A stretch of DNA of 64,000 bases from a virus. Lineage: Duplodnaviria > Caudoviricetes. Numbering within the stretch: position 1 is the stretch's first letter; each line of letters begins with the position of its first letter. Below are positions 18,637 through 28,913 of this stretch, one piece after another. The stretch covers positions 3,368 through 67,367 of the IMG/VR virus record IMGVR_UViG_2639763081_000004. One strand, given 5' to 3'. The position numbers and the translations under genes were made by a program. The notes beneath the pieces are model-generated. The model did not search any database. It saw nothing but the letters and a program-made list of their open reading frames with translations, and was not told the DNA's origin.

Positions 18637-18953
18637 AGCGCATCTACATCGCCGGCCCGATGACAGGCCTGCCCGACTTCAACTACCCGGCCTTCAACCG
18701 CGCCGCCGCCGTGCTGCGCGCCCAGGGCCACCACGTCGAGAACCCAGCCGAGAACCCCGCGCCAGCGTGCGGAAGCTGGGCCGGCTACATGCGTTTGGCG
18801 CTTCCGCAGCTGTGCACCTGCGATGCCGTGCACCGGCTGCCGGGCTGGAAGCAGTCGCGCGGTGCCCGGTTGGAGAGCTTTGTGGCGCGCGTGCTGGGTC
18901 TGGAGGTGCAGGACTTCGATGCCGGCGCAGGGGAGGGCGGCGCACATGCTTGA
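18633..18953 (+). CDS. DUF4406 family protein
   Basis: RIYIAGPMTGLPDFNYPAF, NPA, LPGWKQSRGARLE. Confidence 0.88.
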   Translation: MKRIYIAGPMTGLPDFNYPAFNRAAAVLRAQGHHVENPAENPAPACGSWAGYMRLALPQLCTCDAVHRLPGWKQSRGARLESFVARVLGLEVQDFDAGAGEGGAHA

Positions 18954-19203
18954 TTTCCGCCCCGACCTTCCGCGCCGTGGCCAGCGCGGCCCGGTGCGCG
19001 CCGCGCCCCAACACCCGCCCCTGTGGCGTGGCGCCGCAATGCGCGAGCGCATCGAAGGCCCCGATGCCCTGGGGCGCTACCGCTTCTCCGTCTGGTCGGA
19101 AAACCGCTGCTGCAGGCTGGAGCAGCACGGCCCGACGCGCGTGTGCGTCATGGACGACCACGGCTTTCTGGTGGATGTGGGGCTGGAGGGTGACATCCGA
19201 TGA
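18946..19203 (+). CDS. Hypothetical phage protein
   Basis: GGAGG SD; overlaps neighbours. Confidence 0.55.
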   Translation: MLDFRPDLPRRGQRGPVRAAPQHPPLWRGAAMRERIEGPDALGRYRFSVWSENRCCRLEQHGPTRVCVMDDHGFLVDVGLEGDIR

Positions 19204-19439
19204 TCCCGATCGTCATTCACCCCAGTTGGATCGATGGGCTTCCCGATGCCTTTCCTGGCTTTCCCTTGGAAGCGATGGAGCAGTTGCACAGGGGCGAGGT
19301 TGTTCATTTCGATGGACTTGGCATCGTCGCTCAGCACCAAATTCCGATGGATCTGGAGCCGCAGCCCCGGCCCATCGACGCAGGGGTGCGCATGGCCGAG
19401 TTGCGCCGGCACCTGCGCAATGGCTGGAGGAGCCGCTGA
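19200..19439 (+). CDS. Hypothetical phage protein
   Basis: ATGA overlap; GGAGG SD. Confidence 0.55.
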   Translation: MIPIVIHPSWIDGLPDAFPGFPLEAMEQLHRGEVVHFDGLGIVAQHQIPMDLEPQPRPIDAGVRMAELRRHLRNGWRSR

Positions 19440-19969
19440 TGCTGGCGCGCCGCTCATCTTTCCCACCCGGCCGCGGCTTCGGTCGTCGGGCGCCAGCAGC
19501 GGCGCAGGTGGAGGACCGCGAGGATCTTCTGGCACGGCGCGCGGCCCGCGCGATGGACAGCGCCCGCGTCACTGCCGGCATGGCGTGCAACAGCATCGTG
19601 GTGATGGGGGCGGCCAGCACGGGCTTGGTCGTGCCCAAGGCCGAGATTCTCGAATGCGAGGCCTATCGCCGCGCCGTGGCTGCGCTGCCGTGCATCTGGT
19701 GCGGCATCTGCGGGTTCTCTCAGCACGCGCACCTGAACCTGGGCAAGGGCTTCGCGCTCAAGACGGACGACCGCACTGGCTTCCCGCTGTGCTGCACGCG
19801 CCCCGACATCGAGGGCTGCCACGTCGCATACGACCAATACCGCCTTGTTGACGGCGGCCGCGATGCCCATCGGGACTATGGCCTCGAGTGGGGCCGCATC
19901 ACCCGACACACCATCCTCGAATCTGGCCAATGGCCAGCACGACTTCCCCTCTGGAGTGAAACCGCATGA
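19439..19969 (+). CDS. DUF968/Ref-like zinc-binding putative nuclease
   Basis: AYRRAVAALPCIWCG, QHAH, KTDD...PLC...CH. Confidence 0.75.
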   Translation: MLARRSSFPPGRGFGRRAPAAAQVEDREDLLARRAARAMDSARVTAGMACNSIVVMGAASTGLVVPKAEILECEAYRRAVAALPCIWCGICGFSQHAHLNLGKGFALKTDDRTGFPLCCTRPDIEGCHVAYDQYRLVDGGRDAHRDYGLEWGRITRHTILESGQWPARLPLWSETA

Positions 19970-20514
19970 ACCAAGCCATCACCAGCACCATCCACAAGAC
20001 AGCCGGCGGCAATCCGGACACAGGCGCGGTCGAGGCCGTGCCTACGCTGACGCAGGTCTATGAGGCAATCCGCCAGTTGCACGAGGCCGGCGAAGAGCCC
20101 ACGCGCGACCGCATCCACAAGATGACGGGCCTGAACCTCACCACGGTGGACGACCGCATCAAGGTGCTGCGCGGCGAGGGAATGATTTCGGCGGTGAAGC
20201 AGTGCTACCGGCCTGTTCATCAGCACGGGCCTGCACGCGCCGTGACGGTTACCCATCTGACCGATGGGCGGTCAATCCTTGAAATTGGAGAGTACGTGGT
20301 CCACTTCAACAGGGCAGAGGGGGGAATGGTGGGCCAGGCTTACGCAGGTATTGCGCTGGAGCACACTGCCCTGGCCCGGGTGACTGAACTGCAGGACCAA
20401 CTGCTGGAGGAGGTGGCAAAACGGCGCGCACTTGAACGCGAGGTGAAAGCGCTGAAGGGGCAGCGTAAGGTGGATCCTAGGCAAGCGGATTTGCTCATGG
20501 ATCGGGCTACGTGA
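19966..20514 (+). CDS. HTH + coiled-coil protein, candidate late-gene activator
   Basis: TRDRIHKMTGLNLTTVDDRIKVL HTH-like; last gene of early-right operon. Confidence 0.6.
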   Translation: MNQAITSTIHKTAGGNPDTGAVEAVPTLTQVYEAIRQLHEAGEEPTRDRIHKMTGLNLTTVDDRIKVLRGEGMISAVKQCYRPVHQHGPARAVTVTHLTDGRSILEIGEYVVHFNRAEGGMVGQAYAGIALEHTALARVTELQDQLLEEVAKRRALEREVKALKGQRKVDPRQADLLMDRAT

Positions 20515-20618
20515 GAATAGGCACCCTTACATATTTTGGTAACGCGGCTGCTAAATCTCAGACGCGACAGTGAAGGGAGCGCCGGCTGAGATCAGCCAGC
20601 GCCGCGTTCTTGAGCTCG

Positions 20619-23600
20619 TCAAAGAGCGGTAGATCTGCGTTGGTAGCGAAGTGCACCAAAAACGGATAGAACCAGGCTCAGCAACGCAATGAGCCACGGA
20701 GCGGTTGCGGGAACTGGCGTAGCGGTGCTGGGTCCTGCCATTCTGACGACTACCCCCGGGTCCACAATTTCGCCATTCTCGATACCGTCAGCGTCGCCGG
20801 CTCCGCCATCGGTCAATGTCAGTGTCACTCGATTGCCGTTAATTTGAGCGCCAGCATACTTGGCCCAGTGCCCTGCTCCATTCTTCTTCCAATACTCAAG
20901 AGGCTGAGATGAAGAGGGGAGGCTAGCAATGTAGTCGATCTGCATCTGCACAGCTCCTCGGACGTTGCAGCCCGTCAGCTTGAAGGCAAACTGGGGTCCA
21001 GCTGCCTGCACTTCTGTGGGCAAGCCAGTGACCGCTCCCGCAGGGCTCGCCTGAGAACTCTCGAATGTGCAGCCAGGACCGCCTCCAGTGAGTTGTGCCT
21101 GCAATGCAGAGTCAACATGGCTGCGCCGCAGCGGAGTTATGGAGTTGCTGGGCTGTGACGGGAGGCTATTTTTACCTTCGGCATTCGTTGCTACAACGGT
21201 GAAGGTATATGCTGTTCCACCCGTCAGTCCATTAATGGTGCAAGTCAGTGCGGACGATGTGCTGCAGGTTTTGGAGGCGTCGCCGACAGCCGTGACGACA
21301 TAGTTGGTGATCGGTGCTCCTCCAGTGTTCAAAGGTGCAGTCCATCGCACTAGGCCCTGGTTTTCTGATGCCGTGGCAATTACGCTTGTGGGTGCATCAG
21401 GTACCGCGCCGGTAATCTGGAGGCTCTGGGTTTGCTCCGCCGCAGTTAACCAATTTGCATCGCCGCTCTGCTGTGCAACTAGGGTGCAAGTTCCAGCGGC
21501 AACAACGCCTACTGTTGTGCCAGATACCGAGCAAACTGACGGGGTGCGGCTGCTGTAACTGACCACCAGTCCAGACGTCGTGGTTGCTGTCGGGCTGATG
21601 ATGAAAGTGCCGTCTTTTACATATGGTTGATTTGCTTGCGTGTTAAAAGTTATGTTGTTCAGTCCTTTGACTACATTTAGGCTATATGAGACAGGCTGCG
21701 CCGGGAGCCATTGAGAGTCTCCGGGTTGTGTTGCAGTAACAGTGCAAACACCGGTCCCTGCTGCGTTGAATGTCAAGCGGTTGCCTTGTAAAGCGCATCC
21801 TGGCGAGGAACTAAATTGGACGTCCAGTCCAGATGTTGCCGTTGCAGTCAAGGTATGTGGGATTCCCACCTGCTGTTGTCCTGGCGACGAAAAGTTAATC
21901 GTCTGTGCAGTACGGGTTTCCTGCGGTGTGACGGTAACAACTCCTTTTGTATAGGCGGAGGAATTGCCAATTGAATTAACTGCAGCTATGGTAATGGAAT
22001 ATGTTACACCATTGGTGAGTCCCGAGATTGTGCAGGCCTGATCATTCCCTGTTGGGCTGCACGATCCTACTGCCGCACCGCCTTCCCACGCCGTTGCTGT
22101 GTATTGCACTGGGGAATTGCCGGGGTCACTTGGAACGATTGACCACTGAACTGAAGCACCTTGATTGACCGGCGTTGCAATAATGTTGTTGGCTGCCGCA
22201 GGAATATCTAGATCAAAGGATACATAGTTTAGAGGGATGATCGCATAGTTGCCGTTATGGTTTCCTGCAGCAGGAGCCAAAGAAAGACTCGCAGTCGCAC
22301 CAGGAGCTATTGAAAATCGATAATAGCTGCTTGTGCCAAGAGGTTTTAGAAGAACGGTTTCAGTGCCTCCCACCGAAAGAGCGATATCGCGCAGAGGGGA
22401 GGTGCCAAGTGCTGTATAAATGGAACGATAGTTCCAACTGGATGCGGTGTAGTTGCCGGTGAGTCCAAGAGTGGCAATTTTTGGACTATCGTCTATATAT
22501 GTAGATATCAAATAATCTCGTAGCCAGATATTTGCATCGGACCCGATAATGTTTTGGAGATTATTAATTCCTGTTGTGTTGCTGCTTACCAGGGATTTAA
22601 TGAAGCTGGTTTCGGTTGCAAGTGATGACCCAGAATATCGATCTGCTGCATACCTTAAAAAAGCCCACTGCGCACCTGAATTGGCAAGGGTTTTTACGCT
22701 ATTGTCTATGACTCCATATCTAGAAGGAGCCTGGAGCCAAGGGCGCCAGTTTCCATACAGTATGTTTTGATATGTATTAAAAGCTGCTACTCTGCGTGAC
22801 GCATTGGGTCCAGTGGTGAGGTTGGTTACGATAATGTTGTTAAACGGAGTGAGGCCTACGGAGTTGGCGTAGAAGGCTTGCTCAATTGCCATGCCGCCAA
22901 TAGCTTCATCCATCCACGGTTCTTCAAAAGGACTATTTGAAGATATTCTGTTGCTATCTAGAATTAAATGGGCAAGCTCTCTTGTGAAAGAGGCAGGCAA
23001 ACCAGACATTGTTGCGCTTACAGTCCTTACATTAGAATTGATTGCTCCCGTGGGATCGGGCGTAAGTGCATAGATTATTTCGCCAATATTCCCGGATGAA
23101 CACTCAGTTCTGCTCAACTTGTCTCTGGGCATGTACATGGAATAAGAACTGATGGGGCTGGCTGGAGCATCTAAGCGATTCATGCCCTGGGTAAAGAAAA
23201 TTACCACTTTTCCATTTCCATCTGTATCGGATGGCGCACCGAATTTATCAACTATAGTTGGATAAATCACGCTGTCCATGTTTACAAGCATATTCTGCCA
23301 GTTCGTGGCGTTTATGTCTAAAGAGTAGGCTGGGTTTTCTTTGTCTGTAACGACAATAATATTATTCCCTACCCAAGTTACTTCACCTTCAACGCTATAT
23401 CCCGGGTTACATTGATTGGATAGGTCGTTATTCAGTCTCCAAATGTCGCCCACTGTAGGCGTGGCGCCAAATGGAATGGAAGTTTGGGGGCTCAGTGCCG
23501 AGCTGGGGTCGATCGTGCCTCTCCGCGCAAGAAAATCGGACTTCATGAACTGCCGGCGAACAATTCTCGGATCATCCAAGGCGGTGCTTGTACTGGTGGT

Positions 23601-23861
23601 GTTACTCGGGGAAGCGGCGGTATTCCCCTCAATCCCTATTTGTAGAGAAATTGTTGCCCCTGGGGAAGTGTTCATAGGAACAACTAGGTATTCTGAGTCT
23701 GCAGATCCTGAGTTTTTAATACTGATCTGCTGTAGTGCACCTTCATTATTAAGAAGGCCATGGTGGGCCGCCAAAACAATGGATGGGAATATCTGAAGTG
23801 AAAAAAACAGCGCAAATTTGCTGAATTTACTCGACTGTTTATATTTGCCTATGATTTTCAT
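20619..23861 (-). CDS. Secreted surface protein: degenerate metallopeptidase-like domain, FN3/Ig-like domains, choice-of-anchor U-like domain, IPTL-CTERM-like tail
   Basis: Signal peptide; FN3 (PDAPTSV..WTAP..GGAPITNY..GLT..YTFTV.A.N); LTLTDGGAGDADG..NG.IVDPG; PVPATAPW+TM+RR; lower GC than flanks. Confidence 0.85.
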   Translation of the reverse strand: MKIIGKYKQSSKFSKFALFFSLQIFPSIVLAAHHGLLNNEGALQQISIKNSGSADSEYLVVPMNTSPGATISLQIGIEGNTAASPSNTTSTSTALDDPRIVRRQFMKSDFLARRGTIDPSSALSPQTSIPFGATPTVGDIWRLNNDLSNQCNPGYSVEGEVTWVGNNIIVVTDKENPAYSLDINATNWQNMLVNMDSVIYPTIVDKFGAPSDTDGNGKVVIFFTQGMNRLDAPASPISSYSMYMPRDKLSRTECSSGNIGEIIYALTPDPTGAINSNVRTVSATMSGLPASFTRELAHLILDSNRISSNSPFEEPWMDEAIGGMAIEQAFYANSVGLTPFNNIIVTNLTTGPNASRRVAAFNTYQNILYGNWRPWLQAPSRYGVIDNSVKTLANSGAQWAFLRYAADRYSGSSLATETSFIKSLVSSNTTGINNLQNIIGSDANIWLRDYLISTYIDDSPKIATLGLTGNYTASSWNYRSIYTALGTSPLRDIALSVGGTETVLLKPLGTSSYYRFSIAPGATASLSLAPAAGNHNGNYAIIPLNYVSFDLDIPAAANNIIATPVNQGASVQWSIVPSDPGNSPVQYTATAWEGGAAVGSCSPTGNDQACTISGLTNGVTYSITIAAVNSIGNSSAYTKGVVTVTPQETRTAQTINFSSPGQQQVGIPHTLTATATSGLDVQFSSSPGCALQGNRLTFNAAGTGVCTVTATQPGDSQWLPAQPVSYSLNVVKGLNNITFNTQANQPYVKDGTFIISPTATTTSGLVVSYSSRTPSVCSVSGTTVGVVAAGTCTLVAQQSGDANWLTAAEQTQSLQITGAVPDAPTSVIATASENQGLVRWTAPLNTGGAPITNYVVTAVGDASKTCSTSSALTCTINGLTGGTAYTFTVVATNAEGKNSLPSQPSNSITPLRRSHVDSALQAQLTGGGPGCTFESSQASPAGAVTGLPTEVQAAGPQFAFKLTGCNVRGAVQMQIDYIASLPSSSQPLEYWKKNGAGHWAKYAGAQINGNRVTLTLTDGGAGDADGIENGEIVDPGVVVRMAGPSTATPVPATAPWLIALLSLVLSVFGALRYQRRSTAL

Positions 23862-24121
23862 GTCGTATAAAGAAGTAAAACTCTAATTTGACGTATTCTT
23901 TGATTAATTGATAATGCAGTCTCAATTAATTTTTGACTCAACGGTTAACATGCTTACGATTGTTTGAAAGTGTATCTCTCGTTGCTTGGGGCTGCAGCAG
24001 TTTTTTTTGTTCTACAGCGCCAAGTTCTTTGAAAAGTAGCACTGTGTGGGGCGCAAGCTGCAACATGTGCAGTCGAGCGGTTTACGGAGGCCTGACCCTT
24101 TTATCTTCTTGTTGAACGAGG

Positions 24122-24164
24122 ACCCTGGCTAGGGTTCGACGCAGCAGGACCCTGCCGGAACACT
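24122..24164 (+). promoter_or_regulatory. Putative late promoter copy 1
   Basis: ACCCT-GGCT-AGGGTTCG-N20-AACACT; ATG 24172 7 nt later. Confidence 0.75.
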
Positions 24165-24165
24165 T

Positions 24166-24930
24166 ATGGCTATGGCCCAAAGTCCTGCCGGCAAGTCCGA
24201 GCCTCAAAAGAAACCTGTTCCAAAGAAGCCTGAAGCCGCCAACTCGGCTGCAGGCGCAGCCTTGCCTGCCAGCCGCACGGCGGCCAGAGTCCCCGCCGAC
24301 TGGGAGCGCATAGAGCTGGACTACCGGGCCGGCATCAAGACCCTCCGCCAGATCGCCGACGAGAACGGTATCACTCATGGTGCCATCAACAAGCGTGCCA
24401 AGCGGAATGGTTGGGAGCGCGACCTGGGCGTGAAGATCCAGGCAAAGGCCGATGCCCTGGTATCCAGAGAGGCGGTATCCAGCCAGGTATCCACGGATAC
24501 CAAGCTCCGCGAACGTGCCGTCATCGATGCCAACGCTCAGGCTGTGGCCGACATCCGCCTGGCCCACCGCCGCGACATCCATCGGGCACGACGCGTCACC
24601 AACTCTCTAATGGATGAACTGGAGCGGATGGTCGGTGCCGAGAACGTCGCGCTTCTGGAAGAGCTGGGCGAGCTGATGCGCCAGCCCGATGACAATGGCC
24701 AGGACAAGCTCAATGACCTGTACATGAAGGTCATCAGCCTGCCCGAGCGGGGCAAGTCCATGAAGACCTTGGCAGAGTCTCTGCGCATCCTGGTGGACAT
24801 GGAGCGGCAGGCATTCGGCATGGACCCGAAGACAGGGCCTGGGCAAGGGCCCAATGGCGATGGTGCTCCTCCTCGCGTCACGGTGGAGTTCGTGAAGCCG
24901 CCCGTCCGCCAGGAGGATGGCGATGAATGA
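24166..24930 (+). CDS. terS: Terminase small subunit (start 24166 or 24172)
   Basis: DWERIELDYRAG, AINKRAKRNGWER HTH; immediately upstream of TerL. Confidence 0.85.
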   Translation: MAMAQSPAGKSEPQKKPVPKKPEAANSAAGAALPASRTAARVPADWERIELDYRAGIKTLRQIADENGITHGAINKRAKRNGWERDLGVKIQAKADALVSREAVSSQVSTDTKLRERAVIDANAQAVADIRLAHRRDIHRARRVTNSLMDELERMVGAENVALLEELGELMRQPDDNGQDKLNDLYMKVISLPERGKSMKTLAESLRILVDMERQAFGMDPKTGPGQGPNGDGAPPRVTVEFVKPPVRQEDGDE

Positions 24931-26191
24931 GGCCCCGCATGCGCTCCTGCAGTTGCCCGAGAAGCTCCGTGACATCTGGCAGCCTCGCCGCTACAAGGTG
25001 ATGCACGGCGGCCGGGGCGGCGCCAAGTCTTGGTCCGTGGCTTCGGTGCTGCTGGTCATGGCGGCGGACAGGCCATTGCGTGTGCTGTGCGCGCGCGAGA
25101 TTCAGAAGTCGATGCGCGATTCGGTGCACCGCCTGTTGAAGGACGCCATTGTCCGCATGGGCCTGGAGTCGTTCTTCGAAGTGCTCGATACCGAAATCCG
25201 GGGCGCCAACGGCTCGCTGTTCCTGTTCACCGGCCTGCAGAGCCACACCGTGGACTCGATCAAGTCCTTTGAGGGCGTGGATCTGGTGTGGGTGGAGGAA
25301 GCCCACGGCGTGAGCAAGAAGTCCTGGGACGTGCTGATCCCGACCATCCGCAAGGAGGGCTCCGAGATCTGGATGACCCTGAACCCGGACATGGACACGG
25401 ACGAGACCTATGTCCGGTTTATCGACAGGCCCAGCCCGGACACCTGGGTCTGCCAGATCAACTGGCGCGACAACCCCTGGTTTCCGGCGGTGCTCGATGA
25501 GGAGCGCCGCAAGTTCAGGGTCACCAATCCCGACGACTACCCCAACATCTGGGAGGGGAAGCCGCGGCGCGTTTCGGCGGGGTCCATCTATCGCCATGAG
25601 ATCGAGGCCCTGTACGAGCAAAAGCGGATCTGCGCCGTACCGTACGACCCGACTTTGCCGGTGCACACGATCTGGGACCTGGGCTGGAATGACGCCATGA
25701 CCATTGGCTTTGTGCAGCGCGGGCCGCAGGACCTGCGTGTCATCGACTACATCGAGGACAGCCATCGGACCCTGGACTGGTATGTGGCCCAGATCGAGAA
25801 GCGCCCGTTCCGATGGGGCACCGACTTCCTGCCGCACGACGGCCGCACCAAGAACTTCCAGACCGGCAAGAGCACTCAGCAGCAGCTCACGGCCATGGGA
25901 AGGCGCAGCGTTGTGGTGCTGAGCGCGATGAACGTGGAAGAAGGCATCAAGGGCGCGCGAATGATCTTCCCCCGCTGCTATTTCGACGAGACCAAGACCG
26001 CGCGGCTGATCGAGTGCCTGCGGCGGTATCGGCGGGACATTCACCAGAAGACGGACGAGCCCATGGGCCCCATGCATGACGAGTTCAGCCACGGCGCGGA
26101 CATGTTCCGCTACATCGGCCAGGCAGTGGACCTGATGACGAATGCCGCCATCGGCGAATACCAAGAGGCGCCAGCCCCGGTCTATTACTGA
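24917..26191 (+). CDS. terL: Terminase large subunit
   Basis: Walker A GGRGGAKS, Walker B WVEEA, nuclease WDLG and SHGADMFRY. Confidence 0.95.
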   Translation: MAMNEAPHALLQLPEKLRDIWQPRRYKVMHGGRGGAKSWSVASVLLVMAADRPLRVLCAREIQKSMRDSVHRLLKDAIVRMGLESFFEVLDTEIRGANGSLFLFTGLQSHTVDSIKSFEGVDLVWVEEAHGVSKKSWDVLIPTIRKEGSEIWMTLNPDMDTDETYVRFIDRPSPDTWVCQINWRDNPWFPAVLDEERRKFRVTNPDDYPNIWEGKPRRVSAGSIYRHEIEALYEQKRICAVPYDPTLPVHTIWDLGWNDAMTIGFVQRGPQDLRVIDYIEDSHRTLDWYVAQIEKRPFRWGTDFLPHDGRTKNFQTGKSTQQQLTAMGRRSVVVLSAMNVEEGIKGARMIFPRCYFDETKTARLIECLRRYRRDIHQKTDEPMGPMHDEFSHGADMFRYIGQAVDLMTNAAIGEYQEAPAPVYY

Positions 26192-26201
26192 GGACGACAC
26201 C

Positions 26202-28493
26202 ATGAGCACCGCCCAGAACTACGCAGAAATTGACCCCGTGGACACGCCCGACGGCGATGTGCCCCTCACCCTTGCCGAGTACCGGTCCATACACGAAGAG
26301 ATAGATGCCCAGCCCCGGGCCTGGCGCCGCACGGCCGACCGTGAGATGGACTATGCCGACGGCAACCAGCTGGAGACGGAGCTGATTCGGCACATGAAGT
26401 CCCAGGGCATACCAGTCGTGCGCGAGAACCTGATCGCGGGCAGCCTGGAGGGGATCCGGGGCTACGAGAAGTCCACACGGACGGACTGGCGCGTGACCCC
26501 GAATGGCCAGCCGGGCGGCCAGGATGTGGCCGACGCCATCAACTTCAAGTTGAACGAGGCTGAGCGCAATGCCAAGGCAGACGACGCCTGCAGCGATGCC
26601 TTCTACCCCCAGATTGGCGTGGGCATTGGCTGGGCTGAGGTCAGCCGGTCCGATGATCCCTTTGGCTACCCCTACCAGTGCCTGGCCATTCACCGCAATG
26701 AGATCCATTGGGACTGGTCTTCCATCAAGCCCGACCTCAGCGATGCGCGTTGGCTGCGGCGCCAGCGCTGGATGCACCCGTCGCGCATCGCGCGCGTCTT
26801 CCCAGAGCACAAAGAGCTGGTGCGCCAGTTCGGGCGCGCGGGCGTCAACTGGTGGAACGGCTACGACACCATGGATGCGGGAGCGAGCACTGGCCTGTCG
26901 CGGGCCTGGGATGTGGCGCGTGAATGGACGACCATGGAGGACCGTTGGCACAATCCCGTCAGCAAAGAGGTTTGCCTGACCGAGCTTTGGTATCGCCGCT
27001 GGTCTGACGTGGTGGTGCTCAAGAGTCCGGACGGCCGCGTGGTGGAGTACGACGAGAACAACCCGGCCCATGTATATGCCCTGGTGAACAAAGCCGCGAA
27101 GTCCATGCGCGCCACTGTGGCCAAGATCCGCCGCAGCTACTGGCTGGGCCCGCATGTCCTGTTCGACGGGCCCACGCCCTATGCCCACCGCCACTTCCCA
27201 TACGTGCCTTTCTGGGGATTCAGGGAAGACAGCACCAACGTGCCCTATGGCTACATCCGCAACCTGCTGGACATGCAGGACACGTTGAACAACGGGAACT
27301 CGCGTCTTCGTTGGGGCATGGGCGCGTTCCGGACCGAGCGCACCAAAGGCGCAGTGGACATGACTGATGACCAGTTCCGGCGCACCATTGGCCGCCCGGA
27401 TGCCGACATCGTGCTGAACGCCGCGCACATGCAGCAGAACGGCGCGCGTTTCAAGGTCGAACGGGACTTTCAGGCCACGGCGCAGCAGCTGGAGCAGCTG
27501 GAGAACGCCCGGCGCGCGATCGAGCGCGTGAACCCGGCGGCTGCCGGGGCTTTCTCGGGGCGGCGCGGCACTGCCACCAGTGGCGTGCAGGAGCAGACCC
27601 AGGTGGAGCAGGCCAATCAGTCGCTGGCGTACATGATCGGCAACTTCAAGACCAGCCGCACCATGGTGGGCGAGCTGCTGATGAGCATGATCGTTCAGGA
27701 CATGGGCCAGGATGAGCAGACCATCATCATCGAGGGCGATGCCATCACGGCAGACCGGGCTGTGACCATCAACAAGCCCGAGGAGGATCCTGTAACAGGC
27801 ATCCCCTATCTGTCCAACGACCTGCAGCGAACGCGCCTTCTGGTGGGCCTGGAGGATGTGCCCAGCAGCAGCACATTCCGGGCGCAGCAGCTGAGCACAA
27901 TGAGCGAGGTGGTCAAGTCCATGCCGCCCCAGTTCCAGGCCGTCACCATGCCGATGATGGCCAGCCTGATGGATGTGCCGTTCAAGCGGCAACTGGTGGA
28001 TGCCTTGAAGGCTGCTGCCGCTCAGGAGTCTCCAGAGCAGGTTGAGCAGCGCATTCAGCAGGAGGTGCAGGCAGCCCTGACCAAGGCCGGGCACGAGCTC
28101 AAGGCGCGCGAGCTGGAGATGAAGGAGCGCCTGACGGATGCCCAGATCAAGAAGGTGATGGCCGACGCCGTGCAGGTGGGTGTGCAGGCTGCCTTCTCAG
28201 CAATGCAGGGCGGGGCCCAGGTCGCCATGAATCCGGCCATCGCGCCCATCGCGGACGCCATCATGCAGGGCGCGGGCTACCAGAAGCCCAACCCTGGTGG
28301 TGACGATCCGGACTTCCCAGTGCCCGGCGTGGCTGCCGGTGGCCCCTCTCCGCAGTCAGGCGGTCCGGGCGCGGCGGGCGACATCGTCCAGGTTCGCGAG
28401 AACACCAGCCCTGCATTCCCGCCCATCCCGCAGGAGCCGGCACGCGGCACGCAGGGGATCGAGACTGCTTCGGCGGTAGACAATTTGCCGTAG
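26202..28493 (+). CDS. Portal protein (podovirus type)
   Basis: 763 aa after TerL; DYADGNQ, FPYVPFWG, YGYIRNLLDMQD, SGV; C-terminal coiled coil. Confidence 0.88.
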   Translation: MSTAQNYAEIDPVDTPDGDVPLTLAEYRSIHEEIDAQPRAWRRTADREMDYADGNQLETELIRHMKSQGIPVVRENLIAGSLEGIRGYEKSTRTDWRVTPNGQPGGQDVADAINFKLNEAERNAKADDACSDAFYPQIGVGIGWAEVSRSDDPFGYPYQCLAIHRNEIHWDWSSIKPDLSDARWLRRQRWMHPSRIARVFPEHKELVRQFGRAGVNWWNGYDTMDAGASTGLSRAWDVAREWTTMEDRWHNPVSKEVCLTELWYRRWSDVVVLKSPDGRVVEYDENNPAHVYALVNKAAKSMRATVAKIRRSYWLGPHVLFDGPTPYAHRHFPYVPFWGFREDSTNVPYGYIRNLLDMQDTLNNGNSRLRWGMGAFRTERTKGAVDMTDDQFRRTIGRPDADIVLNAAHMQQNGARFKVERDFQATAQQLEQLENARRAIERVNPAAAGAFSGRRGTATSGVQEQTQVEQANQSLAYMIGNFKTSRTMVGELLMSMIVQDMGQDEQTIIIEGDAITADRAVTINKPEEDPVTGIPYLSNDLQRTRLLVGLEDVPSSSTFRAQQLSTMSEVVKSMPPQFQAVTMPMMASLMDVPFKRQLVDALKAAAAQESPEQVEQRIQQEVQAALTKAGHELKARELEMKERLTDAQIKKVMADAVQVGVQAAFSAMQGGAQVAMNPAIAPIADAIMQGAGYQKPNPGGDDPDFPVPGVAAGGPSPQSGGPGAAGDIVQVRENTSPAFPPIPQEPARGTQGIETASAVDNLP

Positions 28494-28509
28494 CCAATAG
28501 CGCGGCCTC

Positions 28510-28543
28510 AAAAAGAAACGCCCCAATCGGGGCGTTTGCTTTT
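28510..28543. terminator. Bidirectional terminator
   Basis: AAACGCCCC-AATC-GGGGCGTTT with A/T-rich flanks between convergent portal and micro-ORF. Confidence 0.8.
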
Positions 28544-28634
28544 ACTTCTTGCCTCCGCCGCTGGGCGGGTTGTTGCCACGTCCACCACCCGAGGGGTTGC
28601 CAGTTTTGCTGGGCCAGTTGGGGTTGTCGCTCAT
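28542..28634 (-). CDS. 30-aa Gly/Pro/Asn-rich micropeptide
   Basis: AAGGAG SD; MSDNPNWPSKTGNPSGGGRGNNPPSGGGKK; upstream TGGACG-17bp-TACACT; downstream terminator. Confidence 0.65.
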   Translation of the reverse strand: MSDNPNWPSKTGNPSGGGRGNNPPSGGGKK

Positions 28635-28728
28635 CACATCTCCTTCGGAATCAAAAAGAGGGCTTATCAGTGTAGGGGCCTCGTCCGCACGCGTCCATGC
28701 TGCGGTGCAACCGCGTGTTTCGTGACCT

Positions 28729-28771
28729 GCCCCGTCTAGGGTTGGTCATTTGTTCCCGGCTTTTTGACACT
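28729..28771 (+). promoter_or_regulatory. Putative late promoter copy 2
   Basis: GCCCC-GTCT-AGGGTTGG-N20-GACACT, upstream of scaffold/capsid. Confidence 0.75.
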
Positions 28772-28913
28772 GCTTCCAAGCCATGGCGTGCGCCGCCGTG
28801 GCGAAGACCGCGGCGCTTTGGCGCTGCGGATCCGAGAGCAGATGGCGCGGCGCCCAGGCGCTGCTCCGGATTGCTGGCCCTTTGCGGCCACGGCGATATG
28901 TGGCGGGACAGGC

